Source: an uncultured Chitinophagales bacterium
GTDB lineage: Bacteria; Bacteroidota; Bacteroidia; Chitinophagales; JADIYW01
Direction: 5' to 3'
Assembly: GCA_964653095.1 (NCBI GenBank)
Contig: CAZZEH010000007.1
Span: 27,884-91,883 of the forward strand
DNA: 64,000 nucleotides
Position numbers and translations under genes: made by a program. Under the pieces are notes generated by a model. The model was not told where the DNA came from. It did not search any database and saw only the letters and a program-made list of their open reading frames with translations. Within the stretch, counting starts at the first letter, position 1, and the number at the start of each line of letters is the position of its first letter. This document shows, one piece after another, positions 29,360-38,355 of this stretch.

Positions 29360-29707
29360 TTACTTAACGACGAAGCGTCCTGTGGAAATCGTCTTGTTAT
29401 CGGACTTCAGCTGATAAATATACATTCCTGAAATGAGGTTGTCTCTGTTAAACCTTACCTCTGACTGATCTATGCTGTTTACGCTATACACTTCCTTTCC
29501 GACCACGTTGTAAAAAGTAATACTGATGTTGCGATTTTCGAAGTCAAGAGTCTCAGACACTTTTATGATAGCTTCGGTTACAACCGGATTAGGATATATT
29601 TTCACATAGTCCATGTCCAGGAATTTACTGTTAGTCTGAGCCTGTACTAAACTGCCCAAAACCAACGTAAGTGCCAACAAAAGACTATATTTCAGATTCC
29701 TCTTCAT
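29360..29707 (-). CDS. small T9SS C-terminal sorting-domain protein (essentially signal peptide + CTD)
   Basis: 115 aa. Signal peptide 'LVLGSLVQAQ', then 'IYPNPVVTEAIIKV...GMYIYQLKSDNKTISTGRFVVK', typical of type A Por_Secre_tail CTDs. Confidence 0.7.
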   Translation of the reverse strand: MKRNLKYSLLLALTLVLGSLVQAQTNSKFLDMDYVKIYPNPVVTEAIIKVSETLDFENRNISITFYNVVGKEVYSVNSIDQSEVRFNRDNLISGMYIYQLKSDNKTISTGRFVVK

Positions 29708-29921
29708 TACAATTAGATAAAGATATTAAGTTCATTTTAAGAATGCAATAATTTTGCCAAAATATTTACGCAGATATTGCGTTAGCAGTGCTTTACCGAT
29801 AAGAAATATCTGAAATGGACAATCAATCATACCGTTTGCCGGGATTACTTTATAATCCGGAGTTAATCTCGGGCATTCTCCTGTTGTCGTTTTTGGATTG
29901 ATCGGATATATTTACTCCTAT

Positions 29922-29929
29922 TATATTTG
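29922..29929 (+). promoter_or_regulatory. putative -7 promoter box (TATATTTG), with TTG at 29898-29900
   Basis: Exact TAnnTTTG, 15 nt upstream of the gmhB ATG. A TTG lies 21 nt upstream of the box. Confidence 0.45.
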
Positions 29930-29943
29930 TATCTTGAAAGTTC

Positions 29944-30495
29944 ATGAGCGTAAACAAGGCAATTTTCTTAGACCGGGACGGAGTCATCAATCGTGAGAGA
30001 GGATATGTCAAATCATGGGCGAATTTTGAACTTTTTCCATGGACTGTAGAAGCTCTAAAATTAATTAGGGCTTCAGAATACCTGCCTGTGGTTATCACTA
30101 ATCAGTCCGGTATCGCCAAAGGGCTGTATTCTGTCGAAGATGTACGCTTGATTCATCAAAAATTAAACTTGGTGCTTGAAAAACACAACGCAGAAATTGA
30201 AAGATTTTATTTCTGTCCTCACCACCCCCAGGGTTCTGTCAAAGAATACTCTATAAAGTGCCTGTGCCGGAAACCTTCCAACGGTCTGGTTTTACAGGCA
30301 GCAGCCGACTTAAATATCTCGCTGAAAGATTCTTTTTTCATCGGGGACTCCGAAAGAGATATTATTGCGGGCAAACGCTCCGGCTGCACGACCTATGGTG
30401 TTAAAACCGGGCATGGTTTTGATGATGCGCGTATATTGCCTGATTTTCTTTGTGACAATTTATTAGATGCAGCAAAATCTATTCTAAGCTTATGA
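29944..30495 (+). CDS. gmhB: D-glycero-D-manno-heptose 1,7-bisphosphate phosphatase (HAD-IIIA)
   Basis: 183 aa. 'FLDRDGVIN' HAD motif I and the zinc-binding 'CPHHP...CLCRKP' insert characteristic of GmhB. Confidence 0.85.
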   Translation: MSVNKAIFLDRDGVINRERGYVKSWANFELFPWTVEALKLIRASEYLPVVITNQSGIAKGLYSVEDVRLIHQKLNLVLEKHNAEIERFYFCPHHPQGSVKEYSIKCLCRKPSNGLVLQAAADLNISLKDSFFIGDSERDIIAGKRSGCTTYGVKTGHGFDDARILPDFLCDNLLDAAKSILSL

Positions 30496-31536
30496 GGATA
30501 ATGCCCTGTATTTCACAAAATAATGTAACCCTACTGTAATGGTCAAAAGTACAAAAGCTCCAAGCTGGTGCATCACTCCCCAACCTACCGGGACAGAACC
30601 TTTGCTGTAAATGACTGTGAAAATCCCCAAAAGAAGCTGTGTAGCGACAGTTACCAATAGAAGGTATCTGAAAATATGAAACAGAGATCTGGCTAAAGTA
30701 TGTCTGGTCTTCCAAAAATAATATATCACAAAAAAGAAGATAAAATAAGCTATCATTCTGTGAGTGAACTGAATTGTGATATTATTCTCATGTACATAAT
30801 TTTCGAAAGGAATGTGTATGCCTAAATTGTCAGGAATAAAAGCTCCATTCATAAGTGGCCAGGTTGTCGCATTCAGCGCGGCCTGAGAGCCGGCTACAAT
30901 ACCTCCCATGGCTATCTGTACTACAATCAAAACTAACAAAGCCGTTGTCAATAATCTTGCTCTTTTATCATATTTCAATTTGTACTTGGGATAAGTATCT
31001 TCTAAAAGCAGCCTGAACAAATAAATAAAAATAGCACTTGCTACTAAGAGGTGCGACATAAGATTGATTGGATTGACCAATACCGTATTTTCTTTCAGAC
31101 CGCTAATCACCATCAGCCATCCCACTACACCCGCCAATCCGCCCAGAATCAGCAATATCCCGTAACGGACAATTTGATTTTTGGCTATCTGCCCTTTAAT
31201 TATAAAATAAATCATCGGGAACAGAAAAACAAAGCCCATCGCACGAGCCCAAAGTCTGTGAAACCATTCCCAGAAAAAGATATTTTTAAACTCTGAAATA
31301 TCCATTTGGCTGTTGACCAGCTTGAATTGGTCAAACTGCTGGTATTTATGGAAAGCCTCATTCCACTGCTCTGCATTTAGGGGCGGGAATGTTCCCATAA
31401 TCACATTCCACTCCGTAATAGAAAGTCCTGATCCGGTCAGCCTCGTAACCCCGCCGATTAGAATTTGCAAAAAAACCATGACTAACCCGATCATCAGCCA
31501 TATACGTACTGCTTTGGGAGCCTGTTTTTTTGTCAT
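30490..31536 (-). CDS. ctaA: COX15/CtaA-family heme A synthase
   Basis: 348 aa, about 8 TM helices, conserved His in 'EWFHRLW' and 'FTHRMIAY'. Its 3' end overlaps the convergent gmhB by 6 nt. Confidence 0.85.
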   Translation of the reverse strand: MTKKQAPKAVRIWLMIGLVMVFLQILIGGVTRLTGSGLSITEWNVIMGTFPPLNAEQWNEAFHKYQQFDQFKLVNSQMDISEFKNIFFWEWFHRLWARAMGFVFLFPMIYFIIKGQIAKNQIVRYGILLILGGLAGVVGWLMVISGLKENTVLVNPINLMSHLLVASAIFIYLFRLLLEDTYPKYKLKYDKRARLLTTALLVLIVVQIAMGGIVAGSQAALNATTWPLMNGAFIPDNLGIHIPFENYVHENNITIQFTHRMIAYFIFFFVIYYFWKTRHTLARSLFHIFRYLLLVTVATQLLLGIFTVIYSKGSVPVGWGVMHQLGAFVLLTITVGLHYFVKYRALSS

Positions 31537-31585
31537 AACCTATTTTTTAGGAACTTACGCTTTACCGCATTCAATATAGTAAACT

Positions 31586-33139
31586 CTAATGTTTTTTCTC
31601 TCTGATTCTTTGTCTGTTTAATAAATAAAACTCTCTCAAATCCAACGACACATCTTCTACTATTTTCACCCATATCCGGGACTGTAAATACCACCTCCAC
31701 TTCCTCCCGACTATTCCTTCTCTCAAATAAGAAGCTATCAGAGGATGCACGATGAGATTATACTTATTCCCTCCGGCTTTATATCCTTCTTTCAGAGAGG
31801 CTATTTCGAGTTCAATGTTTCCCGCAATTTCCTGAGGAACTATATCTCTGCGCGATTCAGCGCGGCCAGAATCCTCTGTTTCCAACCTTGTCTGCGAACG
31901 TACGCGTTGTCTGGTAATTTCCATCAGCCCAAACTTACTGATTGGCAAAATACTGTGCTTCGCTCTGTCTGTCCGCATAGCTTCTTCCATAGCTTTGTAA
32001 ATCTTTGTGCGATTTTCAGAAGATTTCATATCAATAAAATCTATGACTATTATTCCTCCTATATCCCGCACTCTGAGTTGGCGGGCAATTTCAGGGACAG
32101 CCTCCAAATTCACATTAAAAGCATTGGTATCCTGATCCAGCTCTTTGTTGACTTTAGGACCACTGTTAATGTCTATCACTCTCAATGCCTCTGTATTTTC
32201 AATAATCAGATATGCGCCGCTTTTTAAAGTAACATTTTTACCAAAAGAATTTTTTACCTGTCTCGAGACATCAAATTCATCGAAAATAGGCCTATTCCCT
32301 TTGTACAGCTCTAATTTTTCGGCATGTTTGGGAGCCTTTTTTTCGAGATACACACTCAGTTTGTCATACAGCTTCTCGTTGTCACAGATTACACGCTCAA
32401 AGCTGTCATTGAGCATATCCCGAATAAGCGTAAACGATTTGCTCATCTCAGACAAAAGCCTTTTGGGAGAATCTGAAGCCTCCAGTTTGCTGTTTATATT
32501 ATTCCATTTGTCCAAAAGAGACTGTATATCCTTTTTGATTCTGTTTTCCGATTGGTTTACCGCATTTGTACGAACTACAATCCCAAAATTTTTAGGCCTG
32601 ACTTTCTCAACAATTGCAGTGAGTCTTTCTCTTTCAGAATTCTCAACAATCTTTTTTGATACTCCAACATTATTGGCAAAAGGTGCAAGTACAACATATC
32701 TCCCCGGAATAGTAATTTCACATGTCATTCTTGGACCTTTGGTAGAAATTGCTTCCTTCATGATTTGAGTAACCACCCAATCATTTTTTTTCAGAACATC
32801 CTGAATTTTTCCGTCTTTGCGGATTTCCTTCTCTAACTCTAAACCGTTTAGGGCTGTGTCCGACTGCTGATTTTGAATATTCCGGGTGAATTTTTTCAGG
32901 CTCAACAGTGCCGGACTCAAATCAGAATAGTGAATAAAAGCATCTTTTTCATGCCCTATATCCACAAATGCCGCATTTAATCCCGGATTTAACTTCTTGA
33001 CTCGTCCCAAATAGATATCTCCTACCGAGTAATTACTCTGATCGTAACGATCTATGTGATATTCCATAAGTCTTTTATCTTCAAGAAGTGCAATTTCTAC
33101 CCCAACCGTGTTAGAGTGTATTATTAATTCTCTAACCAC
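31586..33139 (-). CDS. rng: ribonuclease G/E family endoribonuclease
   Basis: 517 aa. N-terminal S1 domain ('GDIYLGRVKKLNPGLNAAFVDIG') and the catalytic core 'VIDINSG...GGIIVIDFIDM'. Confidence 0.9.
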   Translation of the reverse strand: MVRELIIHSNTVGVEIALLEDKRLMEYHIDRYDQSNYSVGDIYLGRVKKLNPGLNAAFVDIGHEKDAFIHYSDLSPALLSLKKFTRNIQNQQSDTALNGLELEKEIRKDGKIQDVLKKNDWVVTQIMKEAISTKGPRMTCEITIPGRYVVLAPFANNVGVSKKIVENSERERLTAIVEKVRPKNFGIVVRTNAVNQSENRIKKDIQSLLDKWNNINSKLEASDSPKRLLSEMSKSFTLIRDMLNDSFERVICDNEKLYDKLSVYLEKKAPKHAEKLELYKGNRPIFDEFDVSRQVKNSFGKNVTLKSGAYLIIENTEALRVIDINSGPKVNKELDQDTNAFNVNLEAVPEIARQLRVRDIGGIIVIDFIDMKSSENRTKIYKAMEEAMRTDRAKHSILPISKFGLMEITRQRVRSQTRLETEDSGRAESRRDIVPQEIAGNIELEIASLKEGYKAGGNKYNLIVHPLIASYLREGIVGRKWRWYLQSRIWVKIVEDVSLDLREFYLLNRQRIREKKH

Positions 33140-33339
33140 TTTGATAGATTTAATTTTATGAAAATTGAAATAAGCCGTTAATCCGCTTCCATAATTGTCT
33201 TTCTATATGTATCCATGATACAGTGCAGGATTGTGCCTATCAATCGTTTTCTGATTTATCCTGCCGTAATCTTAAATTGCACTGTCATTATACACGACTT
33301 TACATTGAGAAGCTTATTAATTCACAGCTCATCTGCATC

Positions 33340-33432
33340 TTACTTCTTCTTTTTATGTCTGTTTTTTCTAAGTCTTTTCTTTCTTTTGTGAGTAGAAATC
33401 TTGTGTCTTTTTCTTTTTTTTCCGCTTGGCAT
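33340..33432 (-). CDS. 30-codon hyper-basic micro-protein (bS22 / AURKAIP1-COX24-like, tentative)
   Basis: Hand-translated from the minus strand: ATG at 33432, TAA at 33342-33340, giving MPSGKKRKRHKISTHKRKKRLRKNRHKKKK. It is below the ORF-track length cut-off and sits 20 nt downstream of the TPR gene, upstream of rng. Confidence 0.6.
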   Translation of the reverse strand: MPSGKKRKRHKISTHKRKKRLRKNRHKKKK

Positions 33433-33452
33433 AATTAAATTTTTTATATTTC

Positions 33453-34295
33453 TTAATTAGATTTTATAGTTTCTATAAACTGGTCTATTTCTTTACTGAA
33501 CTCCGGACTGTCTATCATTTTTTTCAGTAATTCAAAAAGCTCAATTGCTCTGTCTTTATTGCCCAATCCTTCTTGTGCAAATGCCATAAAATATATTGCT
33601 TCAGTATTACCCGGATTCAGTATCAGAGCTTTGTCGAGATACTCCTTTGCTTTTTCATACTGCCCAGATATAATAGAAAATCTTCCGAGCAAAGTCAGCG
33701 CCCGCATATTTTCAGGTTCTTCCTCAACTACATCTTTCAAAAGCCCCACTCCTTTCATCGGTTCTGTCATACTCTCCAAATAAACTTCACCTGTTTTCAG
33801 CTTCAGAGTATTATCATCAGGCTGTAAATTCAGAGCAGTTTCATACGAAAGGACTGCAAAATTAATAAGATTACTCTTGATTTCAATTGCGTCGGACTCT
33901 CTATACAGCAAAAAAAGCCGATCGCCTGCAAAAATTAGTCCTTCCGGGTTTTTCTCCAAATCAGAAATCAAATAATAATAATAGGCTGCCAGCTCTTCTG
34001 AACGTTCACTCCAAAATCTTGCGGCATCCCGTCCTATCTTAATTTTTTGATTTTTATCCGTAGTTTCTTCCCATAAGTCTCTGAGTGTCCGGGCGGTGGA
34101 CTGGTCTGTTTTGTCATCGAGTCCGTTTATTTTAGCGACCTCAAATTCATCAAAAGACACCCCCTCATCCTGATGCTGATGAACTTCGCTTTTCTTTTCA
34201 TCTTTATTCAGAACAGTAAAATTGCCGAAATACAATATCCCGATTGTACTTAAGGCTATTACACTCAGAATAAGTGTACCCTTTTTAGTGTTCAC
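33453..34295 (-). CDS. membrane-anchored TPR protein
   Basis: 280 aa. N-terminal TM anchor 'LILSVIALSTIGILYF' and C-terminal TPR units ('AKEYLDKALILNPGNTEAIYFMAF'). Confidence 0.65.
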   Translation of the reverse strand: MNTKKGTLILSVIALSTIGILYFGNFTVLNKDEKKSEVHQHQDEGVSFDEFEVAKINGLDDKTDQSTARTLRDLWEETTDKNQKIKIGRDAARFWSERSEELAAYYYYLISDLEKNPEGLIFAGDRLFLLYRESDAIEIKSNLINFAVLSYETALNLQPDDNTLKLKTGEVYLESMTEPMKGVGLLKDVVEEEPENMRALTLLGRFSIISGQYEKAKEYLDKALILNPGNTEAIYFMAFAQEGLGNKDRAIELFELLKKMIDSPEFSKEIDQFIETIKSN

Positions 34296-34303
34296 TCATT
34301 AAA

Positions 34304-34606
34304 TTATTTAGACTCTTTGTCCTTTAAACTGGACTCTTTTATCAGGTCCGAGAAAGTTTTTGACGGTTTGAAAGCCGGAATATCATGCTCGGGTATTTTT
34401 ATTGCAATATTCTTTTTAATATTCCTTCCCACTTTAGCCTTACGGGTTTTTCTAATAAAGCTACCAAAACCTCTTATGTATAAATTTTCACCAGAGGCCA
34501 AAGCTTCTTTCACTTCTGTAAAAAATGATTCTAATGTGACCAATACATCTACTTTCGGCACTCCCGTTTTCTCCGCAATAATGTTAATAATATCCGCTTT
34601 TCTCAT
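34304..34606 (-). CDS. HU-family DNA-binding protein
   Basis: 100 aa. 'MRKADIINIIAEKTGV...' and the 'IRGFGSF' arm motif of HU/IHF. Confidence 0.85.
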   Translation of the reverse strand: MRKADIINIIAEKTGVPKVDVLVTLESFFTEVKEALASGENLYIRGFGSFIRKTRKAKVGRNIKKNIAIKIPEHDIPAFKPSKTFSDLIKESSLKDKESK

Positions 34607-34712
34607 TTTATTTTGTTATTAAATCTTTTGAATTTGAATGGGTTACAAAAATGCTAAAATAAATCATAATAACTAAACACTGCTCAATAATTTTATTAGT
34701 TTCATAACATTT

Positions 34713-35756
34713 ATGCACGAAGACTTTACAAATGGCATCCTTTCCTGGTATGCCGAGAATAAAAGATATCACCCCTGGGAAAGCAGCAACAATCCTTACC
34801 ATATCTGGCTGAGAGAGGTCATTTTTCAGCAAACCCGCATTGAACAGGGCATCCCGTATTACCATAAATTCATTAAAAAATATCCGACTATTCAGAGCCT
34901 CGCCAATGCCGCTCTTGATGATATTTATAAAGACTGGGAGGGCTTGGGATATTACACCCGGGCAAGAAATCTGCATGCAGCAGCCGGGCAGATTGTGCAA
35001 GATTACGGTGGCAAATTTCCTTCTTTATATTCGGATATCATCCGTTTAAAAGGAGTGGGGCCATATACCGCAGCAGCAATTGCATCATTTGCATTCCGGC
35101 AGCCTTATGCCGTATTGGACGGAAATGTATTTAGAGTTTTATCCAGATTTTTTGGTATAAAAATACCTATTGACAGCCCTCAGGGCAAAAAAGTCTTTCA
35201 AAATCTGGCCAATGAGTGTATGGATTCTTCGCAGCCGGATATATATAATCAGGCGATCATGGACTTCGGAGCCATACAATGCACCCCGAGACAACCACTT
35301 TGTGAAAATTGTCCTCTATCCTCAAATTGTGCGGCTTATCAGAAGTTTAATGTATCTGATTTTCCTGTAAAAAAAAGGAAAGCCATCAAGCGTCCGCGTT
35401 ACTTCAATTATCTTGTGATAAATAACGATAAAAATATTATCATCCAAAAAAGAGAGCAGAGTGATATATGGAAGAATCTCTATCAATTTCCGTTGGTTGA
35501 ATCTGCTAAGAAAAACTTTACAAAAAATGACGCTCGCCTTGAGTTCGGCTCAAACTTTAATCTTCTTTCTGACAGTAAAATATACAGGCAAACCTTATCC
35601 CACCAAATTATAGCCGCAAAATTCTTTGAGATTGAAGCCAAGGACTTTACACTCAGAGAGAATTGGATGGCCATCGATATTCATGCGTTAAATCAATTTA
35701 GTTTCCCAAAAATCATCCGAGATTATTTGAGGGAAAGATTTTATTATCTATATTAG
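34713..35756 (+). CDS. mutY: A/G-specific adenine DNA glycosylase
   Basis: 347 aa. HhH-GPD core, the 4Fe-4S Cys cluster 'CTPRQPLCENCPLSSNC', and a C-terminal Nudix-like domain. Confidence 0.9.
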   Translation: MHEDFTNGILSWYAENKRYHPWESSNNPYHIWLREVIFQQTRIEQGIPYYHKFIKKYPTIQSLANAALDDIYKDWEGLGYYTRARNLHAAAGQIVQDYGGKFPSLYSDIIRLKGVGPYTAAAIASFAFRQPYAVLDGNVFRVLSRFFGIKIPIDSPQGKKVFQNLANECMDSSQPDIYNQAIMDFGAIQCTPRQPLCENCPLSSNCAAYQKFNVSDFPVKKRKAIKRPRYFNYLVINNDKNIIIQKREQSDIWKNLYQFPLVESAKKNFTKNDARLEFGSNFNLLSDSKIYRQTLSHQIIAAKFFEIEAKDFTLRENWMAIDIHALNQFSFPKIIRDYLRERFYYLY

Positions 35757-35792
35757 GTTAGTATTCTTATTTTGTATTGAAAATCAAGGCTT

Positions 35793-36233
35793 ATGAAAGG
35801 TATTAACAAAGTTATTTTGGTTGGGAGAGTGGGAACTGACCCTGAGTTGAGAAAAATTGAAAACACACGTTCTAAACTGAATCTCAGGTTAGCTACAACT
35901 GAAAGTTATAAAAAAGCCAACGGAGAATGGCAGGACATCACCGACTGGCATACAGTCGTCATGTGGGGACCAATGGCCGAGCGCGGAGAGAAAGACATTC
36001 ATAAAGGCAACCTGATATACATAGAGGGTAAAATAAGAACCCGTAATTGGGAAGACAAAGAAGGTAGGAGAAGATATACCACAGAAGTGATTACCGAGTA
36101 TTTTCAGAATCTGACACCGAGAACTAAATCTCAAGACGACGAAAACATTGACTCTGATGAAGGCAAAATTCAGGATGACGACGACATTGATTTGAGTGAT
36201 TTTAACCCATCGGAAGACACGCTTCCGTTTTAA
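35793..36233 (+). CDS. ssb: single-stranded DNA-binding protein
   Basis: 146 aa. OB fold 'NKVILVGRVGTDPELR' and an acidic tail ending 'DTLPF'. Confidence 0.92.
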   Translation: MKGINKVILVGRVGTDPELRKIENTRSKLNLRLATTESYKKANGEWQDITDWHTVVMWGPMAERGEKDIHKGNLIYIEGKIRTRNWEDKEGRRRYTTEVITEYFQNLTPRTKSQDDENIDSDEGKIQDDDDIDLSDFNPSEDTLPF

Positions 36234-36256
36234 CAATTTAAAGTTAAAAATAAGCT

Positions 36257-37609
36257 TTGGATAATAGCGACACCGTTCCCCTTAACAGCTTTTTATGGAT
36301 CCTGACGGCTTTCAAAGGATTCGGGTTCGACGATTTAATTTTCGTATTCATCTATATCCTCATTTTTGGTATTCTCTTACTTGTTACTGCATTTATTGTT
36401 TCTTCCGAAGTTGCTTTTTTCTCCATCACACCTGATCAAAAAAAAGAATTAGAAAAATCAAGTCATACAAAGGATGCTGCTATCCTAAAGTTTTTGAACC
36501 GTCCTAAAGAATTTATCAGTACGATTCTTTTAAGCAACATTCTGCTTTATACCTTAATGATATTCACTGCAGATAAGCTTTTAAATCTTTGTTTTGACTT
36601 TACAGACAATCACATTGTGCGAATTATTTCCGTTTTACTTTTTGTCTGGATATTTCGGCTCGTCTTTGGGGAAGTAATTTCAAAAATTTATGCCATGCAC
36701 AACAACCTCCTTGTCGCAAAAAAATCATTGGCTTTTATTCGTATTTTCAATTTTATTCTAAAACCATTTGTGTCTGCCTTTCTGTTTGTGGGAACCTTTA
36801 CCGAGCAAAAACTAAAAAAATACAACCGCCTTGTCCTGGCGGATGAATTGGATCAGGCTCTGGAGCAGGTATCTCCTCAAAACTCTACTCAGACACTTGC
36901 CGAAAAAAACTTATTGAAAGGGATCGTCAATTTCAGCAGTATTTATGTCACAGAAATCATGAAAGCACGTGTCGATGTGATTTATGTAGATACTTCCATG
37001 AATTTTGGGGAAGTCTTGGAAACAGTCAGGAACTCAGGTTATTCGAGAATTCCTGTGATTAACGGAGATTTGGATAAGACCGTCGGCATTATCTATGTAA
37101 AAGACCTTTTGCCCTATCTCAATCACGGTGCTAAATTTGATTGGCATACACTTATAAGAACAGCCCTTTTTGTCCCGGAAAGCAAAAAGATTGAAGACCT
37201 GCTGAAAGAATTTAAAGTAAAAAGAGTACACATGGCCATTGTGGTGGATGAATACGGAGGTACTTCCGGCTTGGTCACATTAGAGGATGTCATGGAAGAA
37301 GTAATCGGTGAAATCAAAGATGAATTTGACGACATACACGAAATTAATTACAGAAAAATAGACCCGTTCAATTATATTTTTGAAGGAAAGACAGGAGTAA
37401 GCGATGCCTGCAAAATAATGAATATTCCAATAGACTCTTTTGAAAAAATTCGAGGTGATGCCGACACTATAGCGGGTATGATTTTGGAAATAAAAGGGGA
37501 AATGCCTTCAGAAAATGAGAAAATCAATGTAGATGATTATACCTTTGCGGTTATTGAAACAAATGCCACAAGAATTGTAAAGGTGAAAATCACGATACAT
37601 GAACCTTAG
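36257..37609 (+). CDS. gldE: gliding motility-associated protein GldE (CNNM/DUF21 + CBS pair + CorC_HlyC)
   Basis: 450 aa with an N-terminal polytopic domain, CBS pair and C-terminal transporter-associated domain. It lies immediately upstream of a GldD-like lipoprotein. Apparent TTG start; there is no in-frame ATG near the N-terminus. Confidence 0.8.
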   Translation: MDNSDTVPLNSFLWILTAFKGFGFDDLIFVFIYILIFGILLLVTAFIVSSEVAFFSITPDQKKELEKSSHTKDAAILKFLNRPKEFISTILLSNILLYTLMIFTADKLLNLCFDFTDNHIVRIISVLLFVWIFRLVFGEVISKIYAMHNNLLVAKKSLAFIRIFNFILKPFVSAFLFVGTFTEQKLKKYNRLVLADELDQALEQVSPQNSTQTLAEKNLLKGIVNFSSIYVTEIMKARVDVIYVDTSMNFGEVLETVRNSGYSRIPVINGDLDKTVGIIYVKDLLPYLNHGAKFDWHTLIRTALFVPESKKIEDLLKEFKVKRVHMAIVVDEYGGTSGLVTLEDVMEEVIGEIKDEFDDIHEINYRKIDPFNYIFEGKTGVSDACKIMNIPIDSFEKIRGDADTIAGMILEIKGEMPSENEKINVDDYTFAVIETNATRIVKVKITIHEP

Positions 37610-38186
37610 AGTCTTTTTGCTTATTTTTTGTTTTATTGTTCTGTCATGTGAAGAGCATTATACTCCCAAACCTCACGGTTATTTCATGCCGGAACTGCCT
37701 GAACATCAATACACCACCTATAAAAACGAAATCTGCCCCTGCACATTTGACATCCCCATATACGCAACTGTCGAACAGGAAAAGCACTTTTTTGATGAGG
37801 AACCGGAACATCCCTGCTGGCTGAATATTGAATTCAAAGACCTTAATGCCTCCATCTATCTTTCTTACAAAGACATTAAAAGTAGAAATCACTTTGAAAA
37901 GATAATCGAAGACAGCTATAAACTGACCTTTAAGCACAGCCAAAAGGCTGATTTTATTGATGAAGAATTTATTGATATCTCTAAAAACAACGTATTCGGT
38001 TATCAATTTGATATTGGTGGGGATGCTGCTTCGAGTACACAGTTTTTTCTGACAGACAGTGTCCGCCACTATATTCGCGGAGCACTGTATTTCAAATCCA
38101 CTCCTAATATTGACTCCATCGCTCCTGTTCTGGACTTTTTGAGAGAAGATATCACCCATCTTATCCATACCGTTCATTGGAAATAG
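37599..38186 (+). CDS. gldD: gliding motility lipoprotein GldD
   Basis: 195 aa. Lipobox 'IVLSC' followed by 'TPKPHGYF', as in GldD. It overlaps gldE by 11 nt. Confidence 0.7.
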   Translation: MNLRVFLLIFCFIVLSCEEHYTPKPHGYFMPELPEHQYTTYKNEICPCTFDIPIYATVEQEKHFFDEEPEHPCWLNIEFKDLNASIYLSYKDIKSRNHFEKIIEDSYKLTFKHSQKADFIDEEFIDISKNNVFGYQFDIGGDAASSTQFFLTDSVRHYIRGALYFKSTPNIDSIAPVLDFLREDITHLIHTVHWK

Positions 38187-38355
38187 CTTTTGCTTAATAC
38201 ATACATGCTCACAAGAAAAAGTTTTTACCATTAAAATGTGCCCCTACTTTACTTCTTTGTCCGAACAACACAGCAGTCCTCTCAATTCTTAGCAACGAAA
38301 TTTCTCTCATACAGCCTATAAAATATTATCTTTACGGTGTACTAACCATTGACTC

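Noticed and set aside
29839-29860. A small imperfect hairpin, CCGGGATTA...TAATCCGG, in the divergent region upstream of gmhB.
   Set aside because: The stem is short and bulged, with no T-tract on either strand. It is compatible with chance.
31745-32768. Two long plus-strand ORFs (160 aa and 207 aa) antisense to rng.
   Set aside because: They are Ser/Leu/Phe-rich, low-information translations typical of shadow frames. The minus-strand frame encodes an unmistakable RNase G/E.
33223-33438. A 71-aa plus-strand ORF in the rng/TPR intergenic region.
   Set aside because: It has no motifs, and its 3' part is the reverse complement of the much more plausible hyper-basic micro-ORF on the minus strand (33340-33432).
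37644-38231. A 195-aa ORF antisense to gldD. It is the same length as gldD and lies in the codon-aligned mirror frame.
   Set aside because: In the directly antisense frame an ORF stays open whenever the sense gene lacks TTA/CTA/TCA codons, so this can arise by chance. The product is F/I/K/V-rich without motifs or a signal, and it has no promoter box of its own. The sense frame has a lipobox and GldD-like sequence.
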